Assembly (NCBI GenBank): GCA_021783695.1
Contig: JAJXTO010000012.1
Coordinates: forward strand, 9,857 to 73,856
Length of the DNA: 64,000 nucleotides
Source: Pseudomonadota bacterium
GTDB taxonomy: Bacteria; Pseudomonadota; Gammaproteobacteria; Burkholderiales; Burkholderiaceae_C
Direction of reading: 5' to 3'
Shown here: piece by piece, positions 50,266 through 61,440 of the stretch
How positions within the stretch are numbered: position 1 is the stretch's first letter
How the letters are laid out: every line of letters begins with the position of its first letter
Notes under the pieces: generated by a model
What the model saw: only the letters and a program-made list of their open reading frames with translations
The model's database searches: none
What the model was told of the DNA's origin: nothing
Position numbers and translations under genes: made by a program

Positions 50266-52548
50266 TCACGGCCGTCCCAGCGTCAGATAGACGTTGACCT
50301 TCTGCCCCGGTGCCTTCGCCACGCCGAAATACACCGGGCCGAGCGGCGTGTCGGTGCCCAGATAGGCGCCTGCGCTCTGCCGCAGATCGCCCAGACTGAC
50401 GGCGCTGCGCTGCGTCCAGGTGTTGCCCCGCTCATACACCAGCCCGAGATAGCTGGCGCCGCCGAACAGGCCGGGCGTGGTCAGCTCGTAGCGGTAGCCC
50501 AGGCGCCCATACACCAGATAGTTGCCGATGAGCTGCCCTTCGCGGTAGCCGCTCAGGGCGTCGAAACCACCAAGAGAAAAATAGTCCAGCCCCAGGCCTT
50601 TGCGGTCGCGGAAACTCGCGGCCCGTGCGGCCAGCTCCACGGTGTGCCGCCCGGCGCTGATGTCGGCCTGGCCGGAGAGATCGATCCGGTCGTAGTTGCT
50701 GTCGCTGCCCAGAGCGGTCCGCGCGGCGAATACTTCGAGGCGGGCGCGCCAGCCGCTGGTGGGGAAGTAGGCGTGGTCGAGACGGTCGAAAATGGCCAGC
50801 GCCCGCATCCCGCCTTCGCGCAGGGTCTGGCCGTTGACGAGCCCAGTCTGCCCCAGCAGGTAATCCGCCGAAATATTGGCGCGGCTCAGGCCCAGTCGCA
50901 CTTCGCCGTAACCGGAGACCGGCACGCCCAGATCCAGCCCGGCGCGGCGGGTGTTGAGGCGGTAGCGCACGATGGGGTTGTCGCCCTGATAGACATCGAC
51001 CGGGCGGGCGTCGAGATCGATATAGGGCGAGATGAACACGCGATCGCGCGCATCGAGCGGCTGGTAGATCTCGGAAAACCAGCGGTTGCGCCAGCCGATC
51101 TGCAGATCGTTGCGCCACTCGCCGCCCAGACTGTTGAGCCACGGCCTGCGCTGCGCGAGCTGCAGGGAAAACCGCGACTGGTTGCGCAGGTCGGTGTAGA
51201 GCCCGAGGCCGAATCGCAGGTAATTCGGCCCCCAGGGTTTGTCCAGCAGGCGGTATTCGAGCACCTGCCCCGGTTGCGCGTCGATCAGGCGGTAGTCCAC
51301 GCGGGAAAAATCTCCCAGGCCGAACAGACGATCGACGTCATGGCGCACCGCCTTGAAATCCAGCGGCTCCCCGGATTTTTGTTGCAACTGCGCCTGCAGC
51401 GTCTTGTCCACCCCGGGGGAGAGTCCACGCACCTCCACCGCGGCCAGCGGCGCGCTGAATTCCATCTGCGCCACCAGCGCCTGTGCCCTGCGGGCGAAAG
51501 CCTCGCGCCACCGGGCGTATTGCGCGGGCGGCAAGGCCAGCGGCGCGAGTTGCGCGCGCGCGGCCATGACGGCGTCGTAGCCGATCTGGATGGCACGGTC
51601 GCCAGCCTGAAAATCGAGCGAAGTAATCGGCCCCAGATCGGGCGAGATGAGCACGTCGCCGGGCTTGAGGGTGGCGATCTGCGCCCGGATGTTCTGCTCG
51701 ATCAGGATGTTGATCATCTGCGAGGTCAGACCGACGATGTTGTCGAGCGCCTCGCGCGATTCCAGCGGCGTGCCGATGTTGATGGCCACAACATGCCGCG
51801 CGCCCATGTCGCGCGCCACGTCCACCGGCAGGTTGTCCACCAGACCGCCGTCACCCAGCAGCGCGCCATCGACTTCGGTGGGGGGAAACACGCCCGGCAC
51901 CGACATGCTGGCGCGCAGGGCATTGGCCAGCGTGCCCCGCTGGAGAATCACCTTCTGCCCCGTGACCATATTGGTTGCCACGGCACGAAACGGTATCGGC
52001 AGATCATTGAAGTCGCGTATCGCAATCGCCGGCAGGGTGAGATTGGTCAGCACCTGTTCGAGCTGGGTGGTGTTGACCGCGGCATTGGGAAACTGCACCT
52101 GTCCCCGGTCGCTCAGGCCGAATTCCACGCCACCGGGCATCTGCTCGTCAGCCTGTTTGCGGCGGAAATTCAACCCCTCGCGCGCCGGGCGGCTGGACAG
52201 CACACTGGTCCAGTCCATGCCAGAAACCTGGCTGCGCAGCACATCGACCGACACCCCTTCGGCATACAGCCCGCCAATGATCGCGCCCATGCTGGTGCCC
52301 GCAATGCAGTCGATCGGCACGTGCAGTTGCTGCAGCGCTTGCAGCGCGCCAATGTGCGCAAACCCGCGCGCGCCGCCGCCCGAGAGCACCAGACAGACGC
52401 GTCCGGTGTTCGACGGCGAGGCTGCAGCCACAGCGGGCAGGGCCGCGCTGGCTACCGCCGCCGCAGACAGGAACAACGCCAAAACGCGACGATGACGAGA
52501 ATGGGCAACGTCGCAGACCGCCCGCAGCCGGGATGCGCTGCGGGCCAT
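50266..52548 (-). CDS. Patatin-POTRA-beta-barrel protein (PlpD, type Vd-like)
   Basis: Signal peptide, GGGARG, GTSMG, DGG, POTRA-like segment, barrel ending DTPLGPVYFG...VYLTLGRP. Confidence 0.9.
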   Translation of the reverse strand: MARSASRLRAVCDVAHSRHRRVLALFLSAAAVASAALPAVAAASPSNTGRVCLVLSGGGARGFAHIGALQALQQLHVPIDCIAGTSMGAIIGGLYAEGVSVDVLRSQVSGMDWTSVLSSRPAREGLNFRRKQADEQMPGGVEFGLSDRGQVQFPNAAVNTTQLEQVLTNLTLPAIAIRDFNDLPIPFRAVATNMVTGQKVILQRGTLANALRASMSVPGVFPPTEVDGALLGDGGLVDNLPVDVARDMGARHVVAINIGTPLESREALDNIVGLTSQMINILIEQNIRAQIATLKPGDVLISPDLGPITSLDFQAGDRAIQIGYDAVMAARAQLAPLALPPAQYARWREAFARRAQALVAQMEFSAPLAAVEVRGLSPGVDKTLQAQLQQKSGEPLDFKAVRHDVDRLFGLGDFSRVDYRLIDAQPGQVLEYRLLDKPWGPNYLRFGLGLYTDLRNQSRFSLQLAQRRPWLNSLGGEWRNDLQIGWRNRWFSEIYQPLDARDRVFISPYIDLDARPVDVYQGDNPIVRYRLNTRRAGLDLGVPVSGYGEVRLGLSRANISADYLLGQTGLVNGQTLREGGMRALAIFDRLDHAYFPTSGWRARLEVFAARTALGSDSNYDRIDLSGQADISAGRHTVELAARAASFRDRKGLGLDYFSLGGFDALSGYREGQLIGNYLVYGRLGYRYELTTPGLFGGASYLGLVYERGNTWTQRSAVSLGDLRQSAGAYLGTDTPLGPVYFGVAKAPGQKVNVYLTLGRP

Positions 52549-52632
52549 GGACTTGTTCAGCGTTGCCCGAACCCGTTTGAGCAAAAAAACTGAATGCATC
52601 CGGGCATTGTCGCCTGTCCCTGCGCCGCGCGA

Positions 52633-54438
52633 TCAGCCAGCCAGGGCCGTGCCGCAAGCGCCGCAAAAGCGGTCGGTCGGCCCGGTCTGCGTGCCGCATT
52701 GCGAACAGAATCGCGGCTTTGCGGCGGCCTGCGGCGCAGGCTCTTGCGCAGCATGCGCTTCGGGCAGCAGCCCCAGAGCCTGCGCCGCCGCTGCGGGCAG
52801 GGCTGTGGCAGCCGCCGACCCGCCAAGCAACTGGTTGAACTGCCCGACCTGCGACGCGCGCTCGACATCGAGACTCGATTGCGGCGCAATCAATGTCGGG
52901 CGCTCCTGCGCGAAGCCGCGGAGTTCGCCCGCCATGCCCTGCGCCACGGTTGGAAGCCCGCGCATCGCCAGCACTTGGCGCGGACCGGTGCGCTCGAACA
53001 ACACCGTGTCGATCTCGGACGCCCAGACCCGCAAGGTCATGGCCTCGATGTTGATGACATCCTTCTCAGTCTTGAGGCGGTCTGCCAGCACATTGCCCAT
53101 CTCCATGCGCGCGGATTCGAAACTGCCCTGCACCTCGATCCAGATCACCGCAGAGCGGAAGTCGTACCGCCCCCACAGCGCATGCGCGCTGCGCAGCGCA
53201 TACACCGCGGCGACGCTCAGGCCCAGGGTGAGCATGATCCAGAACGACAGATCGCCACCATGCAGCAGCGCATGGGCAAGGCCGTAGGCCCCCACGGCGA
53301 CGACCCCCATCAACAGCGCGAACCATGCCGACAGCAGCACCAGCCAGCGAAACTGCGGCAGCGCCATGGCGTGCCCCAGGCCCGAAGGTGTGGCCCGTTC
53401 GCGCGGCATGGGCTGGGTTTCTTCGAGCAGTTCCAGCCGGAACTGGCCCTGCCGCCCCTTGACCTCGGGCGATTGCCGCAGATAGCGCCGGTTGGGAATG
53501 GCCTCCTTCCAGCGCTCCATCAACATGCGGTCGACCTGTTCCATCAGTTTTGCCGGATGCGCGTTCATGGTGAACACCTCGGTGGTCTGCGCCGAGCCCA
53601 CGGCCTGTGGCGGCGGCCCCATCTGCTCCTTCAGTGTCGCCAGCCCCAGCGCCGTGGCCACGAACGCCGCGATGGCGCTGAAAAACAGGGCGTTGTTGAT
53701 CTGCAGTTCCGGCAAGGCGGGCAGCCGGGTGCCGAACAGCGCCAGCAGCACCGGGCCGATGACCGCGGCCACCACCAGCAGCACCAGCAGACCGATGCTG
53801 AGATTTGCGCTTTTCACCGTGTTGGACTGCGCCGTCAGATTGCCGCGGATCATGGGCTGGAAAATCACCAGATAGCCCAGCGCCAGATAAAACAGCCCCA
53901 GCCAGCTCGCGGTCTGCGCACTGGAGAACACCAGCAGCGCCAGCGCCATGCTGACGATGTAGGCGGCCAGCGCAACACCGTTTTGCGCCAGGCGGTGTGC
54001 CGCGGCCCGCACCGCATACGGCGCAAAGATCAGATTGGGCAGGAAGCGGTAGAGCGGATTGTTGCCCGGGTCCTCGAAAAAAACCGCGCCATTGCGCAGC
54101 AGTTCGCGCACCTCTTGTCCAGCCTTGCTGGAGCCGTCCTGCCCTTCAGGAATTTCAGGGGCCAGACCGCGCGGCAACCCGCGCCCGACGAAATAGTTCA
54201 GTTGACTGAACCCGCGCCACGCCCAGGCGATTCCGCCCGAGAGCAGCAGCACGGCGACAACCAGCGCCACCGCCCCGCGCGCGTCGATGCCAGCCTGCAG
54301 ATGGCCGCGCACCTGAAACAGCACGATCAGCCCGGCGAGGATCAGCGCCGCTGCGGCAAGGTAGAGAAACAGGTTTTCGATGCGATAGGGATTGGGCAGA
54401 TTGAGCGCCTGACTGCGGTCGGAGAATTCGTAGCTCAT
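52633..54438 (-). CDS. Multi-pass membrane protein with C-terminal zinc ribbon
   Basis: Starts MSYEFSDRS; about 8 hydrophobic segments; ends FCSQCGTQTGPTDRFCGACG. Confidence 0.8.
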   Translation of the reverse strand: MSYEFSDRSQALNLPNPYRIENLFLYLAAAALILAGLIVLFQVRGHLQAGIDARGAVALVVAVLLLSGGIAWAWRGFSQLNYFVGRGLPRGLAPEIPEGQDGSSKAGQEVRELLRNGAVFFEDPGNNPLYRFLPNLIFAPYAVRAAAHRLAQNGVALAAYIVSMALALLVFSSAQTASWLGLFYLALGYLVIFQPMIRGNLTAQSNTVKSANLSIGLLVLLVVAAVIGPVLLALFGTRLPALPELQINNALFFSAIAAFVATALGLATLKEQMGPPPQAVGSAQTTEVFTMNAHPAKLMEQVDRMLMERWKEAIPNRRYLRQSPEVKGRQGQFRLELLEETQPMPRERATPSGLGHAMALPQFRWLVLLSAWFALLMGVVAVGAYGLAHALLHGGDLSFWIMLTLGLSVAAVYALRSAHALWGRYDFRSAVIWIEVQGSFESARMEMGNVLADRLKTEKDVINIEAMTLRVWASEIDTVLFERTGPRQVLAMRGLPTVAQGMAGELRGFAQERPTLIAPQSSLDVERASQVGQFNQLLGGSAAATALPAAAAQALGLLPEAHAAQEPAPQAAAKPRFCSQCGTQTGPTDRFCGACGTALAG

Positions 54439-54521
54439 GGTGTGTGCGTGAATGAATGGGAGTAAGACATCGCGTTGAACATCAACAGAATGGGCTGCAG
54501 CGTCGCACCAGGGACAGGCAC

Positions 54522-55196
54522 TCAGGCTGTTCCGCGCTGCACCGCCTGCAGCAAAAAACACAGGTCCGGCAAGTCCAGCAGCGCGGACATCGGCACCACC
54601 TCGCGGGCGCCGAAGGGCGTGCTCCAGCGTACGGTTCCGGGCAGACTGGGACATTGCGCAGCGCGCATCGCCGCCCAGATGAGTTCGGTGCAGTACAGGG
54701 CGCGCGGTGCGTTCAACTGGAAATCGGCATTGAACGCCCAGCCGACATGCCGCAACGCCCAGGCGGCAAGGCGCTGGCCCTGCGCAGCGCTGAGCTGCAG
54801 GCTGGCGGCCGCGGCGTCGCGCACGTCGCCGCCTGCAACAAAGGCCTGTGCCGTCGTCTCGCGCACACCGGCCTGTGTGGCGCGCTCTGGCGGGCAGGCG
54901 TGAACCACCCGCGCCCTGCCCCGCGCGTCGTGGCCGACGATCAGGCCGACATGGCTGAAGCGCCCCGCCGCATCGAGGGCCTGCACGGCAAGGCCTTCAA
55001 GGCTGACAGTGCGGCGAAACAGCAGATCGCCCGCGTGCAGCGCGCCGTCTTCGATCTGCCAGCGCATCTGCGGCGTCGGATGCAGACCTGCCCATCCACC
55101 CGTGGTCGCCAGGGCCAGCATGGCGCCGCTGCCGATCAGCAGGCGCCGACGCGTGGCCGTTGCAAGCCCCAAGGCGGATGCTGCGCTGCGCATCAT
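54522..55196 (-). CDS. Permuted papain-like NlpC/P60 amidase (YiiX/YaeF family)
   Basis: GDLLFR, FSHVGL (His), VVHA, LYCTELIW (Cys after His); ATGA overlap with the upstream gene. Confidence 0.85.
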   Translation of the reverse strand: MMRSAASALGLATATRRRLLIGSGAMLALATTGGWAGLHPTPQMRWQIEDGALHAGDLLFRRTVSLEGLAVQALDAAGRFSHVGLIVGHDARGRARVVHACPPERATQAGVRETTAQAFVAGGDVRDAAAASLQLSAAQGQRLAAWALRHVGWAFNADFQLNAPRALYCTELIWAAMRAAQCPSLPGTVRWSTPFGAREVVPMSALLDLPDLCFLLQAVQRGTA

Positions 55197-56482
55197 CCGC
55201 CGCTGTTGGACAGAATGCGCCACTGGTCGTTCACCTTGCCGATCAGCATGGTCTCGGTCTGCTGGCTGCCGTCGCCGTACAGGACGTTGAAGCGCACACG
55301 CTTCGCATTTCCCTGATCGGCCACACGGAGGATGGTGATTTTGCTGACCCCGCCCTTGGCCTTGATCTGCGATTGCGCCTGCGCCAGCGCCATTTTCATT
55401 TTGTCGGGGCCGAGGATTTGCAGTTCCGGGCCGAGCAGCGCATAGGCGGCGTCGAACCGGCCGTTCTGCACATCGCCATAGAACTGCCCGGGCACGCGGC
55501 GCGCCGGATCGCCAAAGCTGAACAGGTTTTTCAACCAGTCAAGAAATCCTGGCGAACTAGGCGGCTGTCCCGCAGGTGCGCTGGCCGGGCCGCCGAAAGC
55601 CTGCGCCGCATCGCCAAGCTGCTTGCCGAGCTGTTGCACGGCCTGCCCGATTTCACCGCCTGCGCTCAGAATGCCCAACTGTGCGCGCATGCCCAGCTCT
55701 TCTGAGGGCGAAGGAAGCACCCAGCCCTGCTGCGTCTTGAGCAGCAGGAGGTTCTGCTGCAAAGGCGCGGAGAGCCGGTTGAACTGGGTGGACACAGGCT
55801 CCCGCCGTGCCCACGCAGGCAGGCCGCTCCACTGCAGTGTCAGGCTGACGAGCGCCCAGTTGTCCGGGATTTTCACCCCGGCAGGCAGACGCCCTGCCCC
55901 GTCGGCGCTGCCCGGCTGCAACACCCTCACATCCTGCACGACCAGTCCGTCCGCCACGCACAGCGCCCCATTGCGGATGTAGCGCGCGGCCTGCGGGCCG
56001 TAGCCGTATTTCAGCTGCCTGAGAAATCCGTTCTGCACCTGCTCCGGCGTGGTGTAGATGCCCGCCTTCACCAGAGCGTTCAGCCAGTTCTGCGTGCTCT
56101 GGTCGAAACCATTGACGAACACCGGATTGGCGCCGTAGTTGAAATTGCGCACACAGGCGTCCTGCTGCAGCAGATCGGCCTGGTGTTGCTGCAGCCAGGT
56201 GTTCGCTGCCGACTTGAGTTCAGCGGCGGACGGCCCGCTGGCACGGCCGAGCACCTGCCAGGCCACTGCCGCGACCACGAGCAGGAGCAGCGCCATACCG
56301 CTGAGAATGAGCACCCCGGCACGTCGGCTGAGGCCTCCGCGCGCGGGCGGGGGTGCCGGCGGGACAGAGACCGGGGCGGTTGTTGGCGCGGCAGCAGGCG
56401 CGCGCAGCGGCGCACCGCAAGCCTCGCAGAATCTGGCGTCATCGGCGTTTTTCTCGCCACATCGGGTGCAGAAGCGGGTCAT
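55193..56482 (-). CDS. Zinc ribbon + TM + periplasmic region with C-terminal NTF2-like (DUF4878-like) domain
   Basis: MTRFCTRCG...ARFCEACG, single TM helix, C-terminus FY..V.NG.FDAAY.LL...AKGGV..I....V.Y.DG.......KV.DQWRI. Confidence 0.78.
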   Translation of the reverse strand: MTRFCTRCGEKNADDARFCEACGAPLRAPAAAPTTAPVSVPPAPPPARGGLSRRAGVLILSGMALLLLVVAAVAWQVLGRASGPSAAELKSAANTWLQQHQADLLQQDACVRNFNYGANPVFVNGFDQSTQNWLNALVKAGIYTTPEQVQNGFLRQLKYGYGPQAARYIRNGALCVADGLVVQDVRVLQPGSADGAGRLPAGVKIPDNWALVSLTLQWSGLPAWARREPVSTQFNRLSAPLQQNLLLLKTQQGWVLPSPSEELGMRAQLGILSAGGEIGQAVQQLGKQLGDAAQAFGGPASAPAGQPPSSPGFLDWLKNLFSFGDPARRVPGQFYGDVQNGRFDAAYALLGPELQILGPDKMKMALAQAQSQIKAKGGVSKITILRVADQGNAKRVRFNVLYGDGSQQTETMLIGKVNDQWRILSNSGG

Positions 56483-56496
56483 TGCAGGTTTCGTCC

Positions 56497-57645
56497 TTAT
56501 TTCAACTTGTGGCCGCAACTGCCGCAGAACACATCGTCGGGCTGCACCGCGGCACCGCAGGCGGGGCAATGCGCAGCAGCGGCAGTCGGCGGCTGCACTG
56601 GCGCGTCTGATGGCTGAACGGCAGTCGGTTGATCGGCTGGCGGCGGGGTCGTTTGTGCCGCGTCCGCAGGCGGCGGAGCCACGGGTGCGGCGCGGGGCTT
56701 GTATTCATCGAGCTTCTGCTTGAACTGCGCCAGCTTCTGCCCCACCAGCTCCGAGGCTTCGGAGCCCACCCCTTCACCAACGGCGCGGTATACAAAGATC
56801 AGGCCGAGCACATAGATCAGGCTCACCACCGACCACGCCAGGAACCACACCAGCCCGATGGACAGCCCCGCGCCCCCCATGCCGCCACCGAGCGCAACGC
56901 CCTCCATGCCGCGCATGCCGCCGAATCCCCCCACTCCCATGCCCATCCCCAGGCCACCGAAGCCGCCCGAGGCGAAGAATCCGCCGACGAACATGCTGCC
57001 GACGAACACCACGGCGAAGATGAACGCCACAGCCGGGAACACCAGCAGCCCGAGCACCAGAAAGTGCATGAACACTTCCAGCGGCCGCTTGGCCACGATG
57101 CCCACCGCGCGCGACAAACTGGCGAGGAAGCCCTCGCCATGCCACACGGCAGCGATCATCAGCGGCCCGGCCAGCAGGAGCACGGCGTAGGCCAGCGCCA
57201 CCACGACGACCAGCGGCCCCGCGAGCACAAAGCCAAACAGTCCACCCACGCCGGGGATGCGCCCCAGCAACGACAGCAGATAGGCCGCCAGCAAGACCAC
57301 GGCAAAGCCCAGGCCGAGCAGGATGAGCAGGCCGATGACAGACAGCGCCGATTGCACCCCGCCCAGAAAGGCCGGGCCGAAGCCGCGGATCGGCTGGTCA
57401 TACGCCTGATCGACCAACATCAGGCCGCTGGCGTTCATGCCGACGAGGAGGATGAGGGTGCCCAGCAGACTCATGAGCATCATCACCGCATCGCTGCCCG
57501 AACTCATGCCGGCCGCTGCGCCACCGCGAATCGCCAGCCCGCCCAGCACAAAGCTGCCCGCCAGCATGGCCAGCGCCCGCCAATTGTGAAGTGCCTCATA
57601 GCTGCGCAGCAGCACGCCGAGGTTGTTGGTGGTTTTCACAGTCAT
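56497..57645 (-). CDS. Multi-pass membrane protein with C-terminal zinc ribbon
   Basis: GGAGG RBS; about 6 TM helices, Gly/Met-rich loop, Pro linker, HCPACG...DVFCGSCG. Confidence 0.8.
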   Translation of the reverse strand: MTVKTTNNLGVLLRSYEALHNWRALAMLAGSFVLGGLAIRGGAAAGMSSGSDAVMMLMSLLGTLILLVGMNASGLMLVDQAYDQPIRGFGPAFLGGVQSALSVIGLLILLGLGFAVVLLAAYLLSLLGRIPGVGGLFGFVLAGPLVVVVALAYAVLLLAGPLMIAAVWHGEGFLASLSRAVGIVAKRPLEVFMHFLVLGLLVFPAVAFIFAVVFVGSMFVGGFFASGGFGGLGMGMGVGGFGGMRGMEGVALGGGMGGAGLSIGLVWFLAWSVVSLIYVLGLIFVYRAVGEGVGSEASELVGQKLAQFKQKLDEYKPRAAPVAPPPADAAQTTPPPADQPTAVQPSDAPVQPPTAAAAHCPACGAAVQPDDVFCGSCGHKLK

Positions 57646-57686
57646 GGTGTCCTCCCAGGATGGTTGATGAGACGGTGCGCACTGCA

Positions 57687-58904
57687 CTAGGGTGTGTTGT
57701 TCTGCTGCGCCGAATTCGGGCATTCGGCCACCTTGCCCCACAGGGGGTCAGATGACAGTGGAGCACCACAATATTTCCAGCGTGTCTCCTGAATGCAGAG
57801 CTGCTGGGTGAAAAAATTGCCCTTGTGCTCACAGGCGGCCAACCCCGCGCGCAAGGCGTCCAAACGCCCCATCGGCCTGGCGGTTGCTGCGGGAGCGGGC
57901 CGTTCCTCTGGGGTGGGTGCTGGCGCAGGTGCGGCATGCTGCGCGGGTTGCGGCACCTCCATGCGCTCAGGCGCGGGTGCGGCAACCGGCGCTGGCTTCG
58001 GATGTTGCGCGGGCGCGGGCGCTGGCTTGAATACTTCGGAGCTGGACTTGGCGGCAGGCTGGGCAGATGGCGTCGGCCGAGGTTGGGCCGGGAGCGATGC
58101 TGTCGGTGCAACTACGGGCGCGGGCTGCGGCACGGATGCGGGGCGCACTGGTGCGGGAGTCACGGCCGGAACGGCTGGCGCAGACTGTCCGGCCGCGGAC
58201 GCCGCGCTGCTGGCCGCTGCGAGCGCGCCGCCCTTGCCGTGCTGCGGGTGTGTCATCGACCACCACAGACTGCCGCCGCCAATCAGCGCAAGCCCGATCG
58301 CCACGGTGGCAATGCCGCCGACGAGCACCGCATTGCTGCCCTTGACCGCTGTCGGCGGCTCCTGCTTCGCCACTGTGGGCCGCGGCTGTGCCTGGGAACG
58401 TCCGAAGAGCGCAGCCTCCGCCGCTTCCGCCTTGGCGCGGATTTCGGCCTCCAGTCTGGCGGTTGCCGCGCGCCGATCTTCCTCGCGCCGGACGCGCTCT
58501 TGCTCTTGTCTTTCGGCGCTCTCTGCCTGTTGCGCAGCCAGCTGAGCCGCGGTCGCCGCAACGGGGACCGGCTCCAGTTCACGCTGCTGGCGGGCCGCCA
58601 GGGCCTGCCGCGCCGCGGTAGCCAGCGCCGCCTGCTCAGCGTGGGCACGCGTCCAGGCCGCTTCGGCAAGGCGTCCGGCCTCGGCCTCTTCCGCCGCGTG
58701 CGCGGCATCGGCTGCATCGAGGTCCTGCACATCCTGTGCGGGAGACGTCTCCCGCACAGCGACTTCTCCGGCTTGCCGACCAGCCGGGCCCTGCGCGTCC
58801 GGTGGCACCTGCCCGTCTTTTTGGGCCATGGACGCTCCACAGTGTCTGCAGAATTTCGCTTCGTCCTTGTTTTCTGTTCCACATTGCGTGCAAAAGCGTG
58901 ACAT
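57687..58904 (-). CDS. Zinc ribbon + coiled coil + TM + Pro-rich stalk + four-Cys C-terminal domain protein
   Basis: AGGGGAG RBS; MSRFCTQCG...AKFCRHCG; C-terminus ACEHK...LCIQ...YCG...WGKVAECP. Confidence 0.78.
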   Translation of the reverse strand: MSRFCTQCGTENKDEAKFCRHCGASMAQKDGQVPPDAQGPAGRQAGEVAVRETSPAQDVQDLDAADAAHAAEEAEAGRLAEAAWTRAHAEQAALATAARQALAARQQRELEPVPVAATAAQLAAQQAESAERQEQERVRREEDRRAATARLEAEIRAKAEAAEAALFGRSQAQPRPTVAKQEPPTAVKGSNAVLVGGIATVAIGLALIGGGSLWWSMTHPQHGKGGALAAASSAASAAGQSAPAVPAVTPAPVRPASVPQPAPVVAPTASLPAQPRPTPSAQPAAKSSSEVFKPAPAPAQHPKPAPVAAPAPERMEVPQPAQHAAPAPAPTPEERPAPAATARPMGRLDALRAGLAACEHKGNFFTQQLCIQETRWKYCGAPLSSDPLWGKVAECPNSAQQNNTP

Positions 58905-58996
58905 TTCGACTCCCCTGTTGCGAATGGGGCCGATGTTAACGAGGCCACCAGTCACCGCCGTGAACATCGCGGCGACCGTGCGCGGCTCCAGAACAC

Positions 58997-59031
58997 AAAA
59001 AGGCCCGCCATCCTTTCGGATGGCAGGCCTT
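58997..59031 (-). terminator. Intrinsic terminator after groEL
   Basis: Minus strand AAGGCCTGCCATCC-GAAA-GGATGGCGGGCCTTTTT. Confidence 0.85.
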
Positions 59032-59091
59032 GCACCGGCCCGGTCTGGCAGAGCAGACGGGCCGATGAAGCAGCAGACGCGGGGTCTGGAC

Positions 59092-60798
<1,707 letters not shown>

Positions 60799-60817
60799 TC
60801 ATCCGCCGACTGGACAA

Positions 60818-61108
60818 TTATTTTTCGATGACGGCCATCAGGTCGTCTTCGCGCATCACCATCAGCTCGTCGCCGTCCACCTTGACGGTCTGGCCGGCGT
60901 ACTTGCCGAACAGCACGCGGTCGCCCACCTTCACCGCCATGGCAACCAGCTTGCCCTGGTCGTCATGCTTGCCCGGACCCACGGCCAGCACTTCGCCCTG
61001 ATCCGGCTTCTCCGCCGCGCTGCCCGGAATCACGATGCCGGAAGCAGTGGTGGTTTCTTGTTCGATGCGCTTGACCACGACACGGTCATGCAGAGGACGC
61101 AATTTCAT
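60818..61108 (-). CDS. groS: Co-chaperonin GroES
   Basis: [14 protein letters not shown]...SGIVIP..A.EKP; AGGAG RBS. Confidence 0.98.
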   Translation of the reverse strand: MKLRPLHDRVVVKRIEQETTTASGIVIPGSAAEKPDQGEVLAVGPGKHDDQGKLVAMAVKVGDRVLFGKYAGQTVKVDGDELMVMREDDLMAVIEK

Positions 61109-61256
61109 GCAAATCTCCTGAAGTTTGTAGAAAACCGGGCACCAGCGTGGTGCCAATTGACAAACCGCCCGCCGGGAGAACCCGAGCCAGACGGCCCAAA
61201 AACCGACTTTGAAGAGGTCAACAACCAGCGCACGAAGCCGCTGTATGACGCCGTTG

Positions 61257-61283
61257 TTAGCACTCACCTTCAACGAGTGCTAA
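61257..61283. promoter_or_regulatory. CIRCE element (HrcA operator)
   Basis: Perfect TTAGCACTC-N9-GAGTGCTAA upstream of groES. Confidence 0.97.
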
Positions 61284-61311
61284 TTATAGGGATGGAGTTT
61301 GAGGTTTCAAG
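61283..61311 (-). promoter_or_regulatory. groESL promoter with sigma32-like and sigma70-like boxes superimposed
   Basis: Minus strand CTTGAAA-N13-CCCTAT and TTGAAA-N16-TATAAT, abutting CIRCE. Confidence 0.75.
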
Positions 61312-61409
61312 GGCGGTGAACAAACAAGGCAGGCGCCGCCAGACAGACCGCGCGTGCAGCGGATTGACAACGCATTCGCTTCCCTAGATGCAACAAGGTG
61401 AAACAGTTC

Positions 61410-61440
61410 ACCGTTCATCGGCGAAATTCGACCATTCGTC
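61410..61440 (+). promoter_or_regulatory. Tandem AlgR/LytTR-like boxes upstream of the minor pilin operon
   Basis: ACCGTTCATC (61410-61419) and ACCATTCGTC (61431-61440), 21-bp period, each 9/10 to ACCGTTCGTC. Confidence 0.65.

Noticed and set aside
56860-56970. Repetitive Gly/Met codons resembling a tandem repeat
   Set aside because: Low-complexity protein loop, not a DNA repeat array or CRISPR.
58921-58960. CCCCAT upstream of the zinc-ribbon operon as a sigma32 -10 box
   Set aside because: No matching -35 at the right spacing.
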